Of a DNA stretch of 64,000 nt, positions 51,316-63,877 are shown one piece after another. Origin of the DNA: Takakia lepidozioides. Lineage: Eukaryota; Plantae; Bryophyta. The position numbers and the translations under genes are program-made. The stretch covers positions 67,828,001 through 67,892,000 of the forward strand of contig CM060731.1 of assembly GCA_030704615.1 (NCBI GenBank), read 5' to 3'. Under the pieces are notes generated by a model. It did not search any database and was not told the DNA's origin. It saw nothing but the letters and a program-made list of their open reading frames with translations. Each line of letters opens with the position of its first letter. Position 1 is the stretch's first letter.

Positions 51316-51993
51316 TTGGTGGGTACGTGGGACCCAGATGCTCCATTATTGGAGCCCGCACTGCTCTTCCGCTTCCCATCATTTCGAAAATCTAAGGGCT
51401 TCGTTGCTGTCCGCAAGGTCATTGTCATCGGCATCAAAGACGTCCTCAGGTCCTCCTTTGCAAGGATGCCGTGCTTCCGAAACCGGGACGACTGCCCTTA
51501 TGGAGGCTTTGATTATGCAATGTATTCGGCCACATCGGGAGACATCGTTATCTGGTACACAGTTTACACAGAAGATACTAGTTCGAATGTGGAAACATTG
51601 TCCGCTTTTGAGTATATCCCAGGCCACTACACCTTCGAGCGGGGTGACGATCTTGGTCTGAGGAGTCCATGGCTCCTGCGCATCCTTGATTCCGATTTTC
51701 CCAGCTACGACGGGCACCCATGCAGAAGAATGCGCACTGCTATGTTGTTGCGGTGGAACTGCTGCCAGTGGACATGGGTGGACTCTATCGGAGAGACGTA
51801 TACTCTTGAAGGAGTGCGCTCCTCTTCTCCATTGTATGGGGACATTCGCATTGGTGTGGACGACGAAAACGTGAAGCTTTCCATATTCGATGGTGGTATG
51901 ATTGAAGGGCACGACATTGTGGTGAACATCAATAGGGGCGGTACAACGGCTGCAATCCAGTTTACCTGGAGGAGCCCGATGATCATGAGCTAG
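51316..51993 (+). CDS. Intronless hypothetical protein (225 aa), family not recognised
   Basis: Open ORF whose amino-acid motifs are conserved in the divergent paralogue, implying past coding constraint. The listed start codon is not ATG, so the true start is uncertain. Confidence 0.6.
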   Translation: MVGTWDPDAPLLEPALLFRFPSFRKSKGFVAVRKVIVIGIKDVLRSSFARMPCFRNRDDCPYGGFDYAMYSATSGDIVIWYTVYTEDTSSNVETLSAFEYIPGHYTFERGDDLGLRSPWLLRILDSDFPSYDGHPCRRMRTAMLLRWNCCQWTWVDSIGETYTLEGVRSSSPLYGDIRIGVDDENVKLSIFDGGMIEGHDIVVNINRGGTTAAIQFTWRSPMIMS

Positions 51994-54189
51994 TTTTCAG
52001 AGCAGTCGAAGTCCCATTGACAACGTGACTTGTATTCAGAAGGCACAGGGCTAAAGATTTGTTTGCACAATCAGCACAGTAGACGTGCTTCAAATGCAAT
52101 TCATGTGGATCAATAAAAACCCCATACTGCCCTCTTTTGTTCTATTTTGTATCCATCGTTCCCAGAATGCATCATTCCTCATTTCGTTTGGGATTGGAAG
52201 TGTGGGTGGATTTTGCAAGTGGCTGGTAGGCTGAAATGGGCCCCCATTGTACACAGCAGTACCACCCTACCATTCGCGAAACATTGCCTTTCAATATGTA
52301 ATTCTAAAAAACATTGCCGAACCTCCTTCATCGGGAGGTCATTCTCCCCCTATGACCGTGACACCCTAAACCCTATTCCCGCGGACACTCATTTCCGGAA
52401 AATAGTCCTGCTCATGTTTTTTTCGACACTTACGACTCTGCTCATGGCTCATGCCGCTCATGGCTCATGGCTCATGAAATAGCAGCCCCACACACACACA
52501 CACATACATAATAGTGCAAGGTTGGCGGTGGAATTACATTTATTTGTTTCTTAGTCCCTCTGGGAACAACCACCCACCAGTTAGTGTACTAGGGTATATC
52601 TTCTCACTTATGCACATTTCACACCACCCGCTATCTATAAGTTCTAATTGCACACACCTCTTTTATAAACACATTATCTGAAATTGTTCTTTTCAATCTA
52701 TAACTCCCAGTGTTAAAGCCTCTAAAGTCAAATTTATCTACCACCCTTGAAGAGGTGGTGTGAGAACCTTAAAAATTATCATTAAGATTTTGTGACCACA
52801 AAAGTTTCATTCAATGTATTCTTGGCCATTCCATAAGGTACCCCAGTAATTAGAGATGTTTTGAACCAAACATGTGTGGACGTTATCCACATGCAATATC
52901 TCTTAAAATAAAATTCACAATAAGGATTTAGTTTTTTTTTCCAGCCAAAAATATTTTTTATCTCTAATTAATTTTATTTTCCTAATTTATTGATTAAATA
53001 AATTAGGACCCGGATCCGAACCCGTGAACACGATAATATTTTCCAACAACTACCCGGACCCGGACCCGGACTTGGTACCAAAAAAAATCCGAACCCGGAC
53101 TCGGCGGGTTCCTTAAAAAGGCACTACCCGCACAACGTTGTAATCCAATAGGTACATAGGTCAGAGCCGAGTATGTACCAGGGTATATACACAAGCATCA
53201 GACACCTTGCGCTTGGGACCTGCGCCCAAACCCTAGAGATCCAAGCGCACACTAAGAACTAATGCAAATGAAAAGCGCAACCCAAGTTGGAAATAAAGAC
53301 GATCGCCAAGATGTAAATGACAAACTGCACAGCAAAGCCAGGGTAGTACGGTTAGTGAATCACGATGGCCAGACACATCCCAAAATAGAGACAAGCGGGA
53401 AGTGGAGGGGACACAATTAATGAGGAATGCTGCGAAATTGCAGTGTCTCTTAACTATTACTAGCCATCTCACACCTCTAATCCGACTATGTAGGGCTTTT
53501 GGGGGGCCTCCTTGAGCACTAACCGCCTATGCAGGTCTTGGGGTGGGTAAAAGACAAGGTTGGTCTTGGCGGGCAGGGCTGGACACACGAGCCACCAACA
53601 CCTCAGCTGGTATATAAGAAAGTTGTGGAAATACTCTCGCACTGGGGTAGAACATCATGCCACTGAGGGGCAATTGAGAGAGATCTTAGGCCTGCTTTGT
53701 GTTGAGTACTTGGTAAGTTTACCTTTTCCTCCTTGCGTGCAGCGTTGACCGAAGCACCTTCGTGCTCTCAACTACCATTTTTTGTTTAGAAGGCATGTCA
53801 GTTTGATTTTGGGTTGGAAAGAGAGGAGGGAGGAAGGTGACAAGCAAGGCTTTAGTGAGGCGGTGACCGAAGTGCTAAGGGAAGATGTCTGGCTAGATGA
53901 GGACAGTAAAACAATACAGGCCCTTTAGCTCGGGAAAAACGGTCGAGACCTGCGGGCAATCAGAATTCGCTTCCTCATCGGGCATATGTGAGGAGAAGAT
54001 GTGATTTGGGGGGGCAATGTGCCAGCTACCGCACACTTGCGTGCCAGTCTCGACACTTGTATTGCTGCTGCCACTAAACCCTGCAGGTCTCCTTTGAGTG
54101 ATGTTACTCGGAATTTTTTTGGGCTATGTTCATGTCGTGGCTCTTGTGGGTGCAAGTACTTTAGAACTTGAAAATTCTGTACGTAGGGA

Positions 54190-55290
54190 TGTCGAGATGG
54201 TTGCTATGGATGGATATGAGGGCGATTCATGTGAGGAAGAGGACTGGGAAAATGATGGTGACTGTGAGGAGGCGGAAGATGTTCCAAACGCATCTTTTGC
54301 TAGTTTGTTCGCTAGTCCTGGAAAATGGGACTGCACAAAAACTACTTTCTGTAGTGATAGAGAGTCGTTTGGTGGGCCTGCACCTGGGCCTTGTCTGGGC
54401 AACATGACATAGACCTCTCCAATTGTGCGTTCTTTTTTCAAATTGTTCTGGTTGAGTACAATCCTTGATCAAATTTGTCGAGAGACAAATCTGTATGTTG
54501 TCGAGAATATAGCCATGTGGAACTCGAGGTGGGCCAATGTGGAGGCCATTGATTGTGGCAAAGTTGGAAGCTTGGATTGGCTTGTGTTTGTTCATGAGGA
54601 TAAAGAGGCTGCCCAACAGCCGCTACTACTAGCAGCAAAGTGAGGTATTTTTTGCATGCCCTGTCATTATAAAGGTTATGACCAACGATCGGTATGAAGC
54701 TATTTTGCGGTGCTTGCATTTGGTGGACAACTTAACCCTGGTGTCTGATCGTACTAGTACTGCATTCGACAAGATTGGCAAGGTGAGGTGGGCTTGTGAG
54801 GATATTGCAAGTGCTTGCAAATGTCATTGGAATTTGAACAAATTGCTAACTGTGGATGAAATCATGATAAGGTATAAGGGAAAATATTGTGCCATACGCC
54901 AATATATGCCCAAAAAGCCAATGAAATGGGGCATAAAAGTCTGGGCCCTTGCAGATGCAGTCAGTAGCTATATGTACGATTTGATGTCTCTGTGGCAAGA
55001 ACGGTGGCACCCAGGGCATGAGGGAGAAGTCTGGCAAAGATGAAGGATATGATGTGGTCACTCATCTAGTCTCTGGATTGCATGGGCTTGGGCATGTGGT
55101 GGTAACTGACAATTACTTCACCTCACCAGAGTTGCTATACAATATGGCTTTGCTTGGGACATGGTCACTGGTATTGTCAGGCTGAATAGAAAGGGATTGC
55201 CCCCCTCATTGACTTGCTTGAAGAAATGCAAGACAGCCAAGCAAGGAGACACTTGGTGGCGAATGCATACTAGTCGGCAGGTCGCTGCTT
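54190..55290 (+). pseudogene. piggyBac (PGBD4-like, DDE_Tnp_1_7) transposase relic
   Basis: FFKLFW...ICRETNLY; RYEAILRCLHL; KIGKVR; TVDEIMIRYKG...RQYMPKKP.KWGIKVW.LAD; HVVVTDNYFTS; TGIVRLNRKGLP. Frameshifted, and the C-terminus is missing. Confidence 0.9.
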
Positions 55291-56266
55291 GCCTGGTGGG
55301 AATAGAAATTTTTGTTAATTTATCTCTTACCTACATAAGTGGCCCCTAAGTGTCTCTCACGCCTTGTAAGTTTTGTGAGCATTCATTGTTTCGAATAATA
55401 ATAAGGACAATAAATTATACTGCAGGGCTACGATGATAAGGATACACAATGTTATGTTACGTTCAAGAATATCATGTTGTTGTCACAAAAAGCGGCTTAA
55501 ACACACCAACTATTATCAACATCCAGCCCAATTGTTAGGGCACAAGATCGCCTTACAAATTATAGTTGGTGGGATCAAAGCCACATATGTGTATGTCAGA
55601 TGTTACCCATCATAACCAAATCCAACTATAAAAGGGCATTCGGGTCAACTATTTACTTGATGTGTGGCTACATAGGGACTTTTGAGACCTTGGGGGAGGT
55701 TCTGGGCAACCGCATTGCCCCATTTATAGTCGGTAGAAAGTATTAACCTTCCAAACAAAATGCATTATGCCTTCAGGTAAAATGTCATATTCCTTTGGGG
55801 TGAAGGGCATGAGTCTTAGTCTCTTCCTCTTCACAAACAACAACCCTAAACTTGACTTTTCAGAATGTGGATTCACTAGTAGTGGCTTTAATACTAAATC
55901 ACTGAGTGTCACTTGGGTGATATTGGGTTCAAATCAATTATGAACAATCTTTTCATGGTTTTTTGTCTTAAGGGCGGGATCAAGACACTGAATGGGTTGC
56001 TCCCATGGTGGGCCAAGACCCTTGAGGTGGCTAAGGAAGCCCTTCAACCGGAATGCGGTGGGGCTTCAAGTGGTGGTCATGGGCCATAGATTAGGGGGAA
56101 CATAGTGTGGATGGTATACGACTCATCAAGAGCTTAGGGGCTCTATGTGCATGGGAATCATAGAGTCTTGGGATTCACCACAGCCACAAAGGGTGGGCCG
56201 AGACTCACCATAGCTCTCATAGGGAGTTGAGGGTTCTTTTGGTGGTGCGCCATAACTTAAGTAGAA

Positions 56267-56402
56267 TAAGGTGAACGTGTTGCCGAAGCAAGTGTAACTT
56301 ATGGTGTCACTTGACCCAGAAGGGCTACTGCCTTCCAGTAGGAAGGTGGACACCTTTGTAACAACCAACAGGGTGGTTTGAACCCACAACCACTCGTAAG
56401 AG
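56267..56402 (-). mobile_element. 5'-truncated copy of the tRNA-derived SINE
   Basis: 56301-56393 closely matches 1230-1323, including the B-box. Bracketed by the 12-bp direct repeat acttaagtagaa (56255-56266 and 56403-56414). Confidence 0.75.
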
Positions 56403-57309
56403 ACTTAAGTAGAAATTCCACTGCTGCCTACATAAGTATATGTAGAACGGGGGGTTGGTATCCTGTGAGGAGCACAACATGAGTAGGAAAGAAAACAAGC
56501 GTGAGAACGATCCACGGCTATAGGAGTAATATGTTTGTGAACAAAAATACAAATAATGGTACCCCGACGTTAATAGGGTTAATAACATGGTGTATAAGTA
56601 TATTTTAGTTAAAACTCTCTGTAAAACATAAATATTTAATAGTGAAACACTACTTTTAATATTATAATTTCATAAAAAATAAAGGTCGTGATGATATCAT
56701 CTAACATTAGTATTTCGCTAACAAAACTACTTCAAAATTTTGCTTACGTGAGCACAATGAGTTTCATTGGCAAAACAAACCCAAAAGAGTGTGAGCACAA
56801 ATTTTGTAGTTTCGCGTGAGCGTATTTTCGTTTTGTTGTAGCATATTCTCATGATATTTCACGAATCTATAGAATATTCTAGTTTGCTTGCTCACATTGG
56901 CATGAGTATGCTCACCACTACCCAACCTTTGTAGAAAGTAGTAAATTCGATAGCGGTGAAAGCCCAATAAGCGATCAAGGGCGAGTTAGATCAAAGCGAT
57001 CAAGCGTTGGGAGTTGTTCCAAATTGCCTATAACCATAGGAAAGTTCCACCATTTATGTTGCCCTAATAGTCGGATGATCTATTGGGGGGCTTAAAAAAG
57101 ACTGTCACACCCCAGCCTCTTATTTGGGCTAAAGGCGCAATGAAAAACTAACATACGCGCACATTAAGCTAGTAATTATGGCTTGAGGGGGAGTTATAGA
57201 AGGAGAAAAAGCAAGTGTACGACATCCTAGCTTCATTTTTGCACTCAACGTTTTATGCAAACAAGATTAGTTTGAACATATTGCCACAAAATGCATACTC
57301 CTAACGTTT

Positions 57310-57940
57310 AAGGTGCAAGCTACTTTTAGCATTAAGGTACAGTTTATAGATCACCCAATTAGTGAATGTGTAGTCGTTCCTTTAAGTAAAATCCAAGCTA
57401 TTTTTAGCACTACAATACTTGTGGGTCACCCATTGAGTGAATGCACAGTCGTTGCTATAAGTAAAGTCCAAGCTACTTTTGGCGTTAAGGGGGTTGTAGA
57501 CCCAAATAGTGAATGCGTAATTCTTGCATTATGTCAAGTGCAAGCTATTTTAGCAGTAAGGTAGTTGCAAACCAAATAAATGCGTAGTATTAATGCTAAG
57601 GTCCAAGAATTTTCATCTAGTTGTGGATCCAATCAAATGTATGGTCCTAACCTTAAGGTCCAAGCCATTTTTAGGGTTAAGATAGTTGTAGATCCAAATG
57701 GATATGTAGTCCTTGCCTAAAATAAGGTCCAAGCTACTTTTAGCATTAAAGTAGTTGTAGACCCAAGTGAATGGGTAATCCTAACATTGAGATCCAAGAT
57801 ATTTTTAGTGTTAAGCTACTAATTTTATCGTTAATATAATTATAGAGCCAAGTAAATGCATAGTCCTAATGTTAACGTCCAAGCTACTTTTAACGCTTAG
57901 ATAGTTGTAGACCCAAGTGAATGCGTAATCATTGTCTTAA
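57310..57940. repeat. Degenerate minisatellite, ~10 units of 60-70 bp
   Basis: Recurrent gtccaagcta(c/t)ttttagc.ttaaggtagttgtagacccaagtgaatgcgtagtc. Confidence 0.85.
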
Positions 57941-59950
57941 GGCATGGCTTAACAAAGTGAGGGTAGGGATAATGATGTACTTGAGCCATTGGCAATTGAT
58001 TTTTTTTTCTCTTAAGATAAAAATATTTAGAGAAGTTGGAGTCAGTTAAAATATATATTTTTAATAAAATTCATGACCTGCCCTGATACATGACCGAGAG
58101 GCTTCTATAGCAACAAACCCTTTATACCTATGTCCGGCAAGGAAATAATGAACACAAATTATGCATATCCTTTGGACAGCAAAAATATTTGTTTCTTCAC
58201 AAGCTCTGATGCGCTTTTAATGTGTTTTCGTATTGACAAGTCCGGCCCATAGGTCATGTCCTCAGTGACATACCCACCCAACACTAATAACTGAAAATTA
58301 TCATAACACATGTTATTTGATTTTTTTCATAACCACCAGTTTCGGGGGTACATAACCAGGCTAACAGCTGGCGATTCTCCAGTGTGAAATCTAATCACCA
58401 CCAACACTGATCCACATTGCTCCACTAGTTTAGGGTTGGGGCCACTTGACTTCATTTCCTATTCATATTGATCCAATCGGTTCAAGTTGCATCTACAACA
58501 AAGTGCACTAAATTTAAATTGGCAATGCAACATAGTCATGCATGTGGATAACGTCAATATTTGTGTGGTTCAAAACATCTCTAACTACTGGAGTACCTTA
58601 TTGAATGGTAATTTATGGCCAAGAGTATAAATGAGAGTTTTGTGGTCAGATATCATTAATGATAACTTATAAGGTTCTTAAACCATATTTTCAAGAGTGG
58701 TAGATAAATTCGACTTTAGAGGCTTAATTAATGTGGGGAGTTATAAATGGATAGGGACAATTTCAGACAATATGTTTATAAAAGAGAACGAGCGGTGTGA
58801 AAAGATGTTTGCGATTACAGCAATAGACAACATGTGGTATGAAACGTGCAAAAGTGAAAGTAAACCCTAGTACACTAACTGGTGGGTACTTGTTCCCAAT
58901 AGGGACTAAAAACAAATAAATGTAACTCCACTACCGCCTTGAATATAATTATCAAATATAAAGATGGTATTAAAAACTAGGGTTGCACACTGATCTAACG
59001 TAAGGGCATGTCAGATCTGACGCTGAGATGGGCTTGCGTCATGTCAATTTTATATTTTAAAAAAATAAAAATATAGGGGATAAAGACAAGTATCACATAA
59101 GCTAAACCATACAAAAAATTGTCACGTGACATAAACAAACAATAAAAAGAAATTGTCATGTCAGCTTTTACAATTAGTCAGCTTGATAATGCGGGACGTA
59201 CACAACTGGCGGTCTCGATTTATCAAATAATTTTTTTTAATTTAGGGCCGCTAAATCTTGCGCTCCCATATATTTTTCTGAAAATAATTTCTTAAAATTT
59301 TGAACTACCAGATATAATATGGCGGCTTATGTGATACTATAATAAACTATACAATATAAAAGTTAAAATTTACAAAACATTACACAACGTAGAGTCAATT
59401 TTAAGGTGACGTGATGCAAGTTAGGATGCGACTTCGGACGTGCTGCTGACATGTTAACGTCACGTCACGTCATTTTGTGCAACTAGGTTAAAAACATGGT
59501 CAATCCTTGGGGTCAATCAGACGAGTATTCTTGTAATTATCTCTTCTGAACTTCGATTCAGTAGGGACGGAATTGAAGTACATTAAATAAAATCCATATG
59601 GCTTATCTGTTGGACTGATCTAAGATAGTAACTAATATTAGGTCATAGAGCTCTTTGGTTTATGTCTATAGTTTATGACAAGCTACGACGAACATGGTGC
59701 TCCCTAAAGCAACTATAAAAGATCAAACAACTGAATGAATTTCAATCTTCACCTGATCTACAAAGTGTTACTAAACATCGAATATTCAATATCAAGTCAG
59801 AACTTCTATACTCTTGATGACTACCTTTGTGCATTTTTTTGAGATGGCACTTTAAGCTTGTGAGTATAATTATATAGAGTGGTCATTGCAAGGTGATACT
59901 CTTCATTGTAGTTTGTGGTAAGTTTTGAAATTAAAACAACGTAGTGAGGA

Positions 59951-60604
59951 ATGATGAAGATGAATTCATTGTTTGTTGTTCCTACGGTTTTGCTTGTAGT
60001 ATCGTTGGGAATGATCAAGACTACCGATGCAGGAGGGCTAAGCTGCTACAATGGTGCGAGACGGGTTGTAGAATTCACCCAATTTTGGATTTCGAGAGAG
60101 GGAGAAAAAGACGTAGATGATAATGGCAATGTGATTAGGTTGAGCGGACCCAAGATAAAAGCACTCAAAACTGATTCTGGGAGTCTTATAGCAAAAGTCG
60201 ACAAAAACACCTATGGCAAGTGCTATGAAGAAGGAACATGTTATCTAAGCAATGGCGAGCTCATCAACACTGCTTCTCAGCCGAACACCTTCAGCATCAT
60301 CAATAAAAGAGAATATCCTTATGGACAAGGTGCATACAATGCATTAGTGCCATTTGTGAGTGTGGCCTCGGACGACCTCCCACAAAACACTGTGCTCTTT
60401 GTTAAAGAAATCCACAATTTTAAGCTTCCCAATGGAAAACTTCACAATGGATGTGTACGGGTGGACGACACAGGTGCGGGTAGCAACTGTCATCTTGATT
60501 GGTTCATTATCTCATATCCGAATGAGGCAATTATGAACCCCAAGCTTCCTGAAAAAACTCACGCACAGATCCAAAAACATTGCGAGATATTGCATTACGT
60601 GTAG
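59951..60604 (+). CDS. Intronless secreted protein (217 aa) with a 3D/MltA-like double-psi-barrel motif set, resembling a Mucoromycota family
   Basis: Hydrophobic signal peptide; motifs FTQFWI..EG.KD, EEGT..L.NG, YPYG.G, LVPFVSVASDDL, LPNG..HNGCVRVDDTG and CHLDWF. TATA-like ctataaaag at ~59713. Confidence 0.75.
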   Translation: MMKMNSLFVVPTVLLVVSLGMIKTTDAGGLSCYNGARRVVEFTQFWISREGEKDVDDNGNVIRLSGPKIKALKTDSGSLIAKVDKNTYGKCYEEGTCYLSNGELINTASQPNTFSIINKREYPYGQGAYNALVPFVSVASDDLPQNTVLFVKEIHNFKLPNGKLHNGCVRVDDTGAGSNCHLDWFIISYPNEAIMNPKLPEKTHAQIQKHCEILHYV

Positions 60605-62737
60605 ATTTAGATTTAGGAATATAGAAAACTGTGAAAGAACATATACATTATGGGATAAGGCAAAGAGAAATTTAGGGAGTACCTATCTAGTAGAGATACA
60701 CATGATGGTAGCATCATGTCGAGGGTTGCATTAGTGACGAGGTACTTATTCATACAAACATTGATATAATTATGGTTCATGTTCTAGTCTGCGTTTTTAA
60801 ATAGGGCCCTACGTGTAGAGCCCACCAAAACAAGAAGTATGATGAGATTTATATATAGATTTTTAGGGCAACGGGCCTGACCCACTCGAGCGGCCTTAGT
60901 GCCTTTTAGGAGGCTGGTTTGCTCCATTGCCCACGTTTGTGCAGCCCCATTCTCTTCATATACACCTTAGTACTTATCCACTTGCTACAAAATAACAACA
61001 TGCTAGTCCCCACTCCCACCCCATTCTTAGCTATTGGCTTACTTATTGATTGCACTTGTTGGTACCATAGTCTAATTAATTATAATACATTGGAGATCGA
61101 TATGTATTTATGTATGCTGCTGTTTTTTGTGCTAAATAAAGCAGGTATTGGGACCCCACGTTTTATTTTTAAACAAACTCCAAAAAAACAAGAAAAAAAA
61201 GTTTGGCAAAATCGCAAGAGGTGGCACGACCTTGAATGAGACTGATTAATTGCACAAAATTGACAACCATGCTATTGTCTGATCATACTATGATCTATTA
61301 ATATATCCATGTGAGACACCTTCTCCATCTCTTGTCCCAGAATTTGACATTGAACAGATGTGTAAAAGCTGCGAGGGCTAACTTAGACAAGCTTATCATG
61401 TTTGTATAGTATGGATGTGGGTATTATTTATCCGGTGGGCTAAGGCTTTATTTTGATGTATTTTATATATACTTTAGAACACTTATAGTATCGCCATAAA
61501 ACTTATACCAAAAAATCCAAGGTTATTTTTTCCTTGATTAATAAATTAATTAAGGGCTTCCATCCCCTTTTTTCAAAAAAGAAAAGAAAAGAAAAACAAA
61601 AGACAAAAAAAAAGAAAAAAAGCGCATCGGCTGGTAAGTGCATGGTGTGTCGCCCTGGTGCTTCGGGGTTCCAACCCGCTGCCCTGCCCCGTGTGTGGGA
61701 TTGTTCGCGACGGTATGTATGGGCGTTGATCGTCCTGTAGGCCTTATGGCCCAGAAATGAAAGGGGGTTAATTTTTCCCCCTCCTCAAGGGCCTGAATTG
61801 TGGGCTGTCGCTCGCATGTTCCCTTTTGTTTTTTAAGAGAAAAAAAAACTTAATAAAATTAATCCAGGGCCTCTGTCCCCTGTTCACCAAAAAAAAAAAA
61901 AAAAAAAAAAACTAAAGGGCTTCAAGCCCTTGGTTTTAAGGGAAAAAACAAAAACAAATCCCCTCTGTGAGCCTTCGTGACGGCCTCACTGGCAGAGTTT
62001 TTTTTCTTATAATTCGGAAAATAGCACGAGTGGCTACAGAATTTTGCAAAAAATTAGGCATATATTCTGTTCATCCATTCAAATTAGGACAGAATCATCC
62101 ACATCCATACTTTCATCCATTTATATCATCCATATTTGGCGAATTCATCCATAAGTTTTATTTTGTTTTGAGAAATTTGGCGATCTCATCCATGAAAAAA
62201 CATGGAATTTGCTACAGAATATTCTTTTCTATTTTTTGAGGTCGGCATTTGGCGAAAATTCGCAAAAAATAAAAACGCTCCTCACTGGTGGGTTTTTTTT
62301 TCCACCTTTTGTGACATTTTCTTTAACTAATTTGATTAAAAGGGCCACTGTTCCCCTTTCTTTAATTTTTTTTAAAAAAACAAAGAAAAAAAAAGAACTT
62401 GGGTGAACTTGGGTAAACTTGGGTAATGTGGGTAAATGGGAAAGTTAAAACACCTCTCTTTTGTCATCTTCTTCTTCTTGTCATCTCTCAGAGGGATCCG
62501 CAGTCTGATGCTTACTGTGAAGAGTATTTGTTTGTATCGTATCGCTTTAGACTTTATACAATGGAACCTTGAAGGCTTCGAGCCTCTACAGAAACAGAGG
62601 ACTGACAACTCTACAAGAAATTTATCTTCATGGCTCTGGCCTTTAATTTAGATCCACAACCCTGCAATGCGATCCTCTGGCATGTGCATGATTGAGAGCT
62701 CTCTTTAGTGGGTTTGGATCGCAAGAGTTCGGGGCGG

Positions 62738-63877
62738 ATGGCTTACTCAGAAACGTATCGCAAAAGTGCGGGGTCGATGGGTTATTCAGCAGCGGGTCAA
62801 AGATCCAGGTACGTGGTTGGGTTTGGATTAGGTTGGATTAGGTTGTATAGATTACAGGGGGAGTTTGTGTATGTTTACGTTGGATTACGTTTGTGCGATG
62901 TCTAGCAGATTTATGAGATTGTGAATCTGTGAGCACACGCTGATACCTGGGGAAATCGTGGTGGGCTTTTGACACAGATCAGCTCAGCCAAACGAACAAT
63001 TGCAGCTGAGAGTGGATCCCATTCATGGAGACCTTGACACAGAGATTGATAGCCTGCATAGCAAAGTAGCCCAGCTCACGCGGGTACGTTGTGTTGTCAG
63101 AAAAAAAGCTACGCTGTTAGGCCATTGACGTGGACAAACAGGAGGCATGAAATCGGCTTAGAAATGCAGAAGCCATAGTTAGGTCGAACTCATTACCTGA
63201 TTTTAGAGGCTGGTTGGGTTCTCTAAGAAAGGGAAATACTCTGGTTGTGATTCTTGAAATTTGGTCTTACAATCGGAGGACAAAGGTTCCTGGATGCTAA
63301 CATTTGAAGATGGGAGGGTGGGTGGTGTGCCAGGTTGCCCAGCACATTGAGTCAGAGACCAAGTACCAAAATGATCTCATTAATCAGCTGGTATGCCCAT
63401 TCTTTACCATTGTTCATTTTCCATAAGATTGCAGGAAGGGCACATCATTGTTTCAGCCCACCCGCCATCATCATTTAAGTGATTATAGATGTTCACACAT
63501 CATGCTGTAATTACTACAGCTTTGAAATGGATGCTCACGTCGTTTTTTGTTTTACGGTAGTTTGTGCCCACTACTGTCCAGAGCAGGGGATTTGTCCAGC
63601 CTTGAGGCAGAGTGGCAATTTTCTTCTTATCACTTGTTAGTCATCTCCCAAGGGACTGTTAATACTTGCAATTGAATTGAGCTCTGTGGTTTGTGGTGGT
63701 GGCATGCAGGAGGCAACCATGGCCAAGGCACAAGCTGGTCTCAAGAGCACCTTGCGAAGGTTCAACCGGGGTTCGGCTCAGCAAGGCATCAGCCCTCTTG
63801 ACTTAGTTGTCCTCTTCGCATTGTTTTACTTTTTCTGTGTCTTCATCTGGTCCAAATTTAACAGAGGCTTCCATTGA
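62738..63877 (+). CDS. BET1-like Qc-SNARE (SFT11/SFT12, At4g14600/At1g29060-like); exons 62738-62808, 62978-63083, 63334-63390, 63710-63877 (133 aa)
   Basis: EQLQLRVDPIHGDLDTEIDSLHSKVAQL|VAQHIESETKYQNDLINQL|...AQAGLKSTLRRFN...VVLFALFYFFCVFIWSK (C-terminal TM helix). GT-AG introns preserve the frame. Confidence 0.9.

Larger units (their letters stand above)
52510..58950. repeat. Pair of ~400-bp diverged inverted repeats (52510-52895 and 58540-58950)
   Basis: ttacatttatttgtt...ccaccagttagtgtactaggg...gcctctaaagtc.aatttatctaccac...gacgttatccacatgc recurs as the reverse complement at 58540-58950. No TSD recognised. Confidence 0.8.

Noticed and set aside
49533-52516. Separate CACTA element (CACTATT...ATAGTG)
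   Set aside because: The flanking triplets differ (tat vs caa), the left CACT overlaps the LTR fragment, and the right end belongs to the 400-bp inverted repeat.
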